From a virus: a DNA stretch of 64,000 nt. How positions within the stretch are numbered: position 1 is the first letter of the stretch; each line of letters begins with the position of its first letter. The stretch lies in IMG/VR virus record IMGVR_UViG_3300010885_053065, positions 25,720 through 89,719 of that record. One strand, given 5' to 3'. The notes under the pieces were generated by a model, which saw nothing but the letters and a program-made list of their open reading frames with translations, was not told the origin of the DNA and did no database searches. Below, piece by piece: positions 57,557-64,000 of the stretch. A program made the translations under genes and the position numbers.

Positions 57557-58356
57557 GTGGTACGCACTCCTATTCCTGTTTGTAGATAGGTATAGATCTC
57601 ACTACCACTAACGGTCATAGTATCAGCGAACAGATAACTTGTAGGACAACCTACTAGGTCTGAGTGTAGAGGTCCAACAGAGAAACCTGCAGTAACCGAA
57701 CTACCTGCCCCAACACGTAAAACAACAGGTCTAACTAACTGTACCCGTCCGTTTACATCTGTAGCACTTACACATAGGTTTCCTAAAAAAGAAAACCCAT
57801 TTGTAGCTCCTGCTGAGACAGTTGGACCAATAGAACAGAGTCCAGTATTTGTAGTTGAGAACATAATACCATGCACTGACGGTGCAATGCTTTCTGCCTG
57901 TGGAGGAAAGTTAGATACAGTTTTAGCAAACCCTAATATAAATCTCATAACGCTAGAACCACTGGTAACCACGACAAAACCGTACATTCCTGTATCGTTT
58001 TCTCTGTAAGCAACGGTGGAAAAAGAACCACTAGTAATTACGTTTAATGCTGTACCACTAGTTAAAGCCGTATTTCCCCCTGTTCCTGAGAAAGTGCCTG
58101 TATTCCATGTTTGAAATACGTTTAGCGTTAAGGTCGCACTACTTGTGTTTGGAAAAGTCAGGACCCAATAAATTGTAGCGTTAGCACCGCTATTGTTACT
58201 TAGAGCATAGACTATATAATAAGTTCCACTGTTTAGTACTGCTTGAAAAGGACTAGGGAATCCAGCATCAGCTAAAGCTGTCTGTATCCCTGTAAAGAAT
58301 GAAGCGGCACTAGAGTTTGTAATGGAAGATGCACGAGTAGTTACGGTTGCCACCAT
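57553..58356 (-). CDS. Virion fibre/RBP paralogue 1
   Basis: Same motifs; ends VRTT. Confidence 0.65.
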   Translation of the reverse strand: MVATVTTRASSITNSSAASFFTGIQTALADAGFPSPFQAVLNSGTYYIVYALSNNSGANATIYWVLTFPNTSSATLTLNVFQTWNTGTFSGTGGNTALTSGTALNVITSGSFSTVAYRENDTGMYGFVVVTSGSSVMRFILGFAKTVSNFPPQAESIAPSVHGIMFSTTNTGLCSIGPTVSAGATNGFSFLGNLCVSATDVNGRVQLVRPVVLRVGAGSSVTAGFSVGPLHSDLVGCPTSYLFADTMTVSGSEIYTYLQTGIGVRTT

Positions 58357-58360
58357 ATAA

Positions 58361-61300
58361 TTAAGCCTGTATTTGTATATAAGTAATAGTTAATGTGATT
58401 GTGCCAGTTGATCCATTATTCACGATAGTTAAAGGGAAAACGTTACTAATACTTGTCTCAAAATTAGCAGCTACAGCTAGAGGCGAGAAAGTAAAAGAAG
58501 TACCGGATATATCAAATATTATACCGGAACCAGGATCTGGGGCTGTTGTAATTAATCTCGCTGCATCTGATGCTCTACTAGCAGTAGAACTATAGAACCT
58601 GATCCAGCTATTTACACTAGCTACTACACGCAAAATAATACACGTAGTAGACAGTGTAATCGTTGTGTTCAGTGTTGCTCCTGCATTTATAGAGGCAGTC
58701 GTAATTGTAGCCGTTTGTCTTGAGTTGTTAATTGTTACTGATGCAGTTATACCAGTAAGTTGACTTCCATCTACTGCGGGTAATCTACTACTAGAATCCA
58801 ACTGAACTATGTTATTAGCACTTGTACCTACATTTAAAGTAGAAGCAGTACCTAAACCAGTAACTTGAGTATTGGCAATAGAGAGAGTATTTAAGTTGGA
58901 AATTTGAGAGAGTGTGATACTAGAAGCTGTAGCCAAACTTCCTAAACCCAATAGAGTGCTTAATTGAGCAGATGTTAAAGCTACAGGACTGGCACTACTA
59001 CCAGAAACATTGCCTAACACCGTATTGTTAGCAATACTAGCTATATTGCTTAAACCTACAGTAGAAAGAGTAGCTAGACTTCCCAAGCCAGTAACTTGAG
59101 TGTTGGCTATCGAAAGAGTATTTAGATTTGAGATTTGGGAAAGCGTAATACTTGAGGCTGTAGCTAGTGAACCTAGTCCACTAACTTGAGTATTACTTAT
59201 ATTGGTAAGTTGACTTGCATTTACAGCAGGTAGCCTACTGCTAGAATCTAACTGAACTAGATTATTAGCACTTGTGCCTACATTTAGAGTAGAAGCAGTA
59301 CCTAAACCAGTAACCTGAGTATTAGCAATAGAGAGACTATTTAAATTAGAAATTTGAGATAACGTAACACTTGAGGATGTAGCTAGACTTCCCAAACCAG
59401 TAACTTGAGTATTGGCTATCGAAAGAGTATTTAAATTAGAGATTTGGGAAAGTGTGATACTTGAAGCTGTAGCCAGACTTCCTAATCCCAATAGAGTACT
59501 TAATTGAGCAGAGGTTAAGGCTACAGGACTGGCACTACTACCAGAAACGTTACCTAAAATAGTATTATTAGCAATACTAGCTATATTACTTAAACCTACA
59601 GTAGAAAGAGTAGCTAGACTTCCTAATCCACTAACTTGAGTATTAGCAATAGAGAGACTATTTAAATCAGAAATTTGAGATAACGTAATACTTGAGGCTG
59701 TAGCTAGACTTCCCAAACCAGTAACTTGAGTATTGGCTATCGAAAGAGTATTTAGATTTGAGATTTGAGAGAGAGTGATATTTGAAGCCGTGGCAAGTGA
59801 ACCTAATCCACTAATTTGAGTATTACTTATATTAGTAAGCTGACTCGCATTTACTGCTGGTAGCCTACTGCTAGAATCTAGCTGAACTATATTATTAGCA
59901 CTTGTGCCTACGTTTAAAGTAGAAGCAGTACCTAATCCAGTAACTTGAGTATTAGCAATTGAAAGAGTATTTAGATTCGATATTTGGGAAAGCGTAATAT
60001 TTGAAGCTGTAGCCAGACTTCCCAAACCTAATAAAGTACTTAATTGAGCAGAGGTTAAAGCTATAGGTGTAGCTGTGTTGCCAGAAATATTGCCTAAAAC
60101 CGTATTATTTGCAACTTGTGGTAGAGATTCTAATCCACTAATCTGAGATGCAGAAATATTGGTAAGTTGACTTGCATTTACTGCAGGTAGCCTACCACTA
60201 GAGTCTAACTGAACTATATTATTGGCACTTGTTCCTACATTTAGAGTAGATGCAGTACCTAAACCAGTAACTTGAGTATTAGCAATAGAAAGAGTATTTA
60301 GATTAGAGATTTGGGAAAGCGTAACACTTGAGGCTGTAGCAAGTGAGCCTAATCCCAATAAATTATTTAATTGAACAACTGTAATAGCAACAGGACTAGC
60401 ACTATTACCAGAAACGTTACCTAGAATAGTATTGTTGGCAATACTAGCTATATTGCTTAAACCTACAGTAGAAAGAGTAGCTAAGCTTCCCAATCCAGTA
60501 ACTTGAGTGTTGGCTATCGAAAGAGTATTTAGATTAGAGATTTGAGAGAGAGTGATATTTGAAGCCGTGGCAAGTGAACCTAGTCCACTAACTTGAGTAT
60601 TACTTATATTAGTAAGTTGACTTGCATTTACTGCAGGCAGTCTACCGTTAGAATCTAACTGAACTATATTATTAGCACTTGTTCCTACATTTAAAGTAGA
60701 AGCAGTACCTAATCCACTAACCTGAGTACTGCTGATCGAAAGGGTATTTAAGTTGCTTATTTGGGAAAGCGTAATATTTGAAGCCGTGGCAAGTGAACCT
60801 AATCCCAATAAACTACTTAATTGAGCAGAGGTTAAAGCTATGGGTATAGCACTATTACCAGAAACGTTACCTAAAACTGTATTGTTTGCGACTTGTGGGA
60901 GAGATTCTAATCCACTAATTTGAGATGCTGAAATATTAGTAAGCTGACTTGCATTTACAGCAGGCAGTCTACCGTTAGAATCTAACTGAACTATATTATT
61001 AGCACTTGTGCCTACGTTTAAAGTAGAAGCAGTACCCAATCCAGTAACTTGAGTATTGGCAATAGAAAGGGTATTTAGATTAGAGATTTGGGAAAGCGTA
61101 ATACTTGAGGCTGTAGCAAGTGAGCCTAATCCAGTAACTTGAGTATTAGCAATTGAAAGAGTATTTAGGTTGGAGATTTGAGAGAGTGTAACACTAGAAG
61201 CTGTGGCTAGTGCGCCTAATCCACTAATTTGACTACTGCTTAAGTTAGTAAGCTGACTTGCGTTTACTGCTGGCAACCTACTATTAGAGTCTAACTGAAC

Positions 61301-64000
61301 TAAATTACTAGCCCCTATACCAGCATTTAGAGTGGATGCAGTACCTAAACCAGTAACCTGAGTATTAGCAATTGAAAGACTATTTAGGTTGGAGATTTGA
61401 GAGAGAACAATACTTGAGGCTGTAGCCAGACTTCCTAATCCACTAATTTGACTACTACTTAAGTTAGTAAGCTGACTTGCATTTACAGCAGGTAACCTAC
61501 CACTAGAGTCTAACTGAACTAAATTACTAGCGCCAGTACCCACGTTGAAAGTAGAAGCAGTACCCAATCCAGTAATTTGAGTATTAGCAATTGAGAGGGT
61601 ATTTAGGTTACTTATCTGGGAAAGAGTAACATTTGAAACCGTAGCTAGTGAGCCTAATCCATTAATTTGAGTATTACTTATATTGGTAAGCTGACTTCCG
61701 TCTACTGCTGGCAACCTACCACTAGAATCAAGTTGAACTACGTTATTAGGACTAACGCCCACGTTTAAAGTAGCAGCAGTACCTAAACCAGTAACTTGAG
61801 TATTTGCAATTAAAAGAGAAGATAAGTTAGAGATTTGAGCTAAAGTAATACTTCCTACAAGTGGCGGAATAACGGTAGAGCCACTATTGTAGTCATCATT
61901 ATCAATAATAGTTATAGTCGCTTGTTCTCTACCAATCCTAGCTCCAACTATATTAGTTAAGCGAACGGTAAAAGATTCTGTTGGCTCAGGGATATTGTCA
62001 CCAACAATTGGTATTTGTACTGTTAAACTTGTTTGACCTGCATAGATTGTAAACCTATCGGTAACAGGAACATAGTCAATATAAGGTCTAGCTGTAAGAC
62101 TACTTGCTATTAAATTAAAGGAGATATTTGAGGGAGCAGCAGCACTCAATCCAACCTCAAAAGAAAGGTTAGTGTTACCTGCAGATCCTTCTGTTACTGT
62201 AGCCTCCGATACTGAAATAAGAGGCGTTTGATCGTTATCGACAATAACGCAATCACCACGACTACTAAGTCCTAGAGTTGCATTAACTGGGTTAGACAAC
62301 ACCAAAGAGAAGGTTTTATTCTCTTCTAAAACTGTATTAGAAATGATTGGAACATTGACAACCTGACTCAGTTGAGAAGGTTGAAATGTTAGCGTTCCTG
62401 CTGTAGTTATAAAATCAATCTCAGCAGATGCCGTTCCTCCAACAGTTTGATAATCAACTGATACAGTGTCAACTGAAGCACTAGAAAGAGTAACCGTAAA
62501 AGGAGCAACAACTGATCCTGTGTCTCCCTCTGTAACTACCACACTATTTATAGACAAAGTAGGTAAAACAGTAGGAGGAGGAGTTGTGTTTAATATCGAC
62601 CCAGTGCCTCTAACCCTACTAATTACAGAATTAGTAGGAGATGATAAGTCTAAATAAAAGTCTCTAGTTGGAGCATAACTAGGGTTAGCAAGCACAGTTA
62701 TTGAGACGTTTTGTGATACCTGATTTGGATTAAAGGTAACTATACCTGAACCGCCTGTATAATCCCGTCCAGTTAAAGCTGTGTTATTTACGGTTGTATA
62801 TTGAACTGTGACTGTATCTTGAGATGCACTACTCAAAGTGACAACAAAATTCATATTGACCGAATTAGTAGTGCTAACGGTTACAGTAGGCGAACTAATA
62901 CTTATTGACGGAATACTTCCAGTTTCATTGAGTGCAGCAAGTAGAGCGTTATATCGTGGTGAACTTGTCTGACCAACATTCTCTAGTACTCCCCATGAGC
63001 CGTATTTGTCAGGTGTTCTTGTACTGAGGTAGTTATTATATAAACCAGTAGGGACTAGTTCAAACCAATCATTTAAATGTCGTGCATAAAGATCTCCCAT
63101 TCTCTGATCTCTATGAGCATTGATAAATAGGTTAGTTATTCCTGTATCGTTTTGAGTTGGTATATCAATACCTGATACGTGAGACTGTCCTTCATAAGCA
63201 AGTAGTTTTACACTATATTGATCAGCTTTGGCTTTATTGGCAACAATCCAACCTCTAGACTGTACAAGTGCACCGCCTTGTGGTCCATTAGGTAATATAC
63301 CCCCTGTAGATAATTCTGCAATTATCTTACCTATCCCTCCGTCGCTATCGCTAAACCAACTTCTAATGGTTGATGCGTAAGTGGGAGAACCTAGATAAAA
63401 CCCAAAATACGGAGCTATTGCTAAGCTCTTGATACCTCTATTATTAGGTGTTCTAGTTTGTCTGTCCCATGCACAGGCTAAAGCTCTATTTGCTGTGTAA
63501 TCGTTAGCTGCTTGGGTAGCCATAACCACATCTACTCTATTAGTCTGTCCAACAAACACACTATTCCAAATATCTGCTATTTGGCAAGTACGCATAGAGA
63601 AGAAGTCTGTACCCTTGTCGGTATCGGTTGCTGTATAGTTTGGATAGTTGTTAGCTTGGGTAAAGATTGCTTTCCCCTGCTGAATCATATATCTATTTTG
63701 TCCAGTAAAGCCAGGGTTCCAATACTCGTTAGAGTACTCAACGTAAGCTGTTAAACCAGACTCTAGATTATTCCTGACGTAAGTAGCAAACTGAGTAATA
63801 TAGTCGTTAGTGGCTAAGTGTGGCATACAGAACCACGCATCAGCATCTAACTTATTACACAAAGCAACCATCATCTCAATTGGTGCTTTGTCCCAAGCAG
63901 AGTCAGTTAGCTTTTGTCGATCACTCCAATTAACTTGGGTAGAGTTATTAGTTCTCATCCAGTCCATAAATCGCAAACACTTAAAGCCAGTCCATTGCGA
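58361..64000 (-). CDS. Giant fibre: glycoside-hydrolase-like RFMDW domain, three Calx-beta domains and a repeat shaft (5' end beyond the window)
   Basis: Frame open to 64000; RFMDW, YVEYSNE.WN, AYEG; Calx-beta F.VTLS....VTV.Y.T...TA....DY. Confidence 0.85.
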   Translation of the reverse strand, partial: SQWTGFKCLRFMDWMRTNNSTQVNWSDRQKLTDSAWDKAPIEMMVALCNKLDADAWFCMPHLATNDYITQFATYVRNNLESGLTAYVEYSNEYWNPGFTGQNRYMIQQGKAIFTQANNYPNYTATDTDKGTDFFSMRTCQIADIWNSVFVGQTNRVDVVMATQAANDYTANRALACAWDRQTRTPNNRGIKSLAIAPYFGFYLGSPTYASTIRSWFSDSDGGIGKIIAELSTGGILPNGPQGGALVQSRGWIVANKAKADQYSVKLLAYEGQSHVSGIDIPTQNDTGITNLFINAHRDQRMGDLYARHLNDWFELVPTGLYNNYLSTRTPDKYGSWGVLENVGQTSSPRYNALLAALNETGSIPSISISSPTVTVSTTNSVNMNFVVTLSSASQDTVTVQYTTVNNTALTGRDYTGGSGIVTFNPNQVSQNVSITVLANPSYAPTRDFYLDLSSPTNSVISRVRGTGSILNTTPPPTVLPTLSINSVVVTEGDTGSVVAPFTVTLSSASVDTVSVDYQTVGGTASAEIDFITTAGTLTFQPSQLSQVVNVPIISNTVLEENKTFSLVLSNPVNATLGLSSRGDCVIVDNDQTPLISVSEATVTEGSAGNTNLSFEVGLSAAAPSNISFNLIASSLTARPYIDYVPVTDRFTIYAGQTSLTVQIPIVGDNIPEPTESFTVRLTNIVGARIGREQATITIIDNDDYNSGSTVIPPLVGSITLAQISNLSSLLIANTQVTGLGTAATLNVGVSPNNVVQLDSSGRLPAVDGSQLTNISNTQINGLGSLATVSNVTLSQISNLNTLSIANTQITGLGTASTFNVGTGASNLVQLDSSGRLPAVNASQLTNLSSSQISGLGSLATASSIVLSQISNLNSLSIANTQVTGLGTASTLNAGIGASNLVQLDSNSRLPAVNASQLTNLSSSQISGLGALATASSVTLSQISNLNTLSIANTQVTGLGSLATASSITLSQISNLNTLSIANTQVTGLGTASTLNVGTSANNIVQLDSNGRLPAVNASQLTNISASQISGLESLPQVANNTVLGNVSGNSAIPIALTSAQLSSLLGLGSLATASNITLSQISNLNTLSISSTQVSGLGTASTLNVGTSANNIVQLDSNGRLPAVNASQLTNISNTQVSGLGSLATASNITLSQISNLNTLSIANTQVTGLGSLATLSTVGLSNIASIANNTILGNVSGNSASPVAITVVQLNNLLGLGSLATASSVTLSQISNLNTLSIANTQVTGLGTASTLNVGTSANNIVQLDSSGRLPAVNASQLTNISASQISGLESLPQVANNTVLGNISGNTATPIALTSAQLSTLLGLGSLATASNITLSQISNLNTLSIANTQVTGLGTASTLNVGTSANNIVQLDSSSRLPAVNASQLTNISNTQISGLGSLATASNITLSQISNLNTLSIANTQVTGLGSLATASSITLSQISDLNSLSIANTQVSGLGSLATLSTVGLSNIASIANNTILGNVSGSSASPVALTSAQLSTLLGLGSLATASSITLSQISNLNTLSIANTQVTGLGSLATSSSVTLSQISNLNSLSIANTQVTGLGTASTLNVGTSANNLVQLDSSSRLPAVNASQLTNISNTQVSGLGSLATASSITLSQISNLNTLSIANTQVTGLGSLATLSTVGLSNIASIANNTVLGNVSGSSASPVALTSAQLSTLLGLGSLATASSITLSQISNLNTLSIANTQVTGLGTASTLNVGTSANNIVQLDSSSRLPAVDGSQLTGITASVTINNSRQTATITTASINAGATLNTTITLSTTCIILRVVASVNSWIRFYSSTASRASDAARLITTAPDPGSGIIFDISGTSFTFSPLAVAANFETSISNVFPLTIVNNGSTGTITLTITYIQIQA
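58760..61860 (-). repeat. Intragenic mosaic repeats
   Basis: Shuffled modules GLGSLATASSITLSQISNLNTLSIANTQVT, GLGTASTLNVGTSANNIVQLDSSGRLPAVNASQLTN and NNT(I/V)LGNVSG. Confidence 0.9.

Noticed and set aside
55785-58356. DGR or invertible tail-fibre switch
   Set aside because: No reverse transcriptase, TR/VR pair or invertase sites seen in the window
58760-61860. CRISPR array
   Set aside because: Repeats are in-frame coding modules with third-position variation and no unique spacers

Overview
AT-rich segment of a temperate, siphovirus-like phage, most likely infecting a cyanobacterium (inferred from the integrase, strawberry-notch and PEP-CTERM families). It holds head genes (portal, DUF2213 protease, scaffold, decoration protein, DUF2184 capsid), tail genes (tube, frameshifted chaperone, tape measure, GTA-like DUF2460/DUF2163/NlpC/megatron tip, a giant Calx-beta fibre), two endolysins, an integrase with a putative attP, dnaN, phoH and several antirepressor-like genes. 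These modules are unusually scattered and lie on both strands. I did not recognise a terminase. The main result is a minus-strand type IV-B-like CRISPR-Cas module (cas11-like, csf2, csf3, cysH-like, csf1). Unlike the usual IV-B pattern, it also carries a MYXAN-type cas6 and three copies of an unannotated 38-bp repeat: repeat, 33-nt spacer, repeat, then a 448-bp gene-containing interval and a third repeat, with csf1 apparently starting inside the last repeat. Other observations: a tnpB remnant in the same locus, an intact tnpB IS splitting a Bro-N gene, two candidate -1 frameshifts, a ~470-bp structured repeat present twice, five copies of a phage promoter driving small stand-alone genes, and an acr/aca-like cassette pair. 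All calls come from reading motifs by eye; no searches were run.
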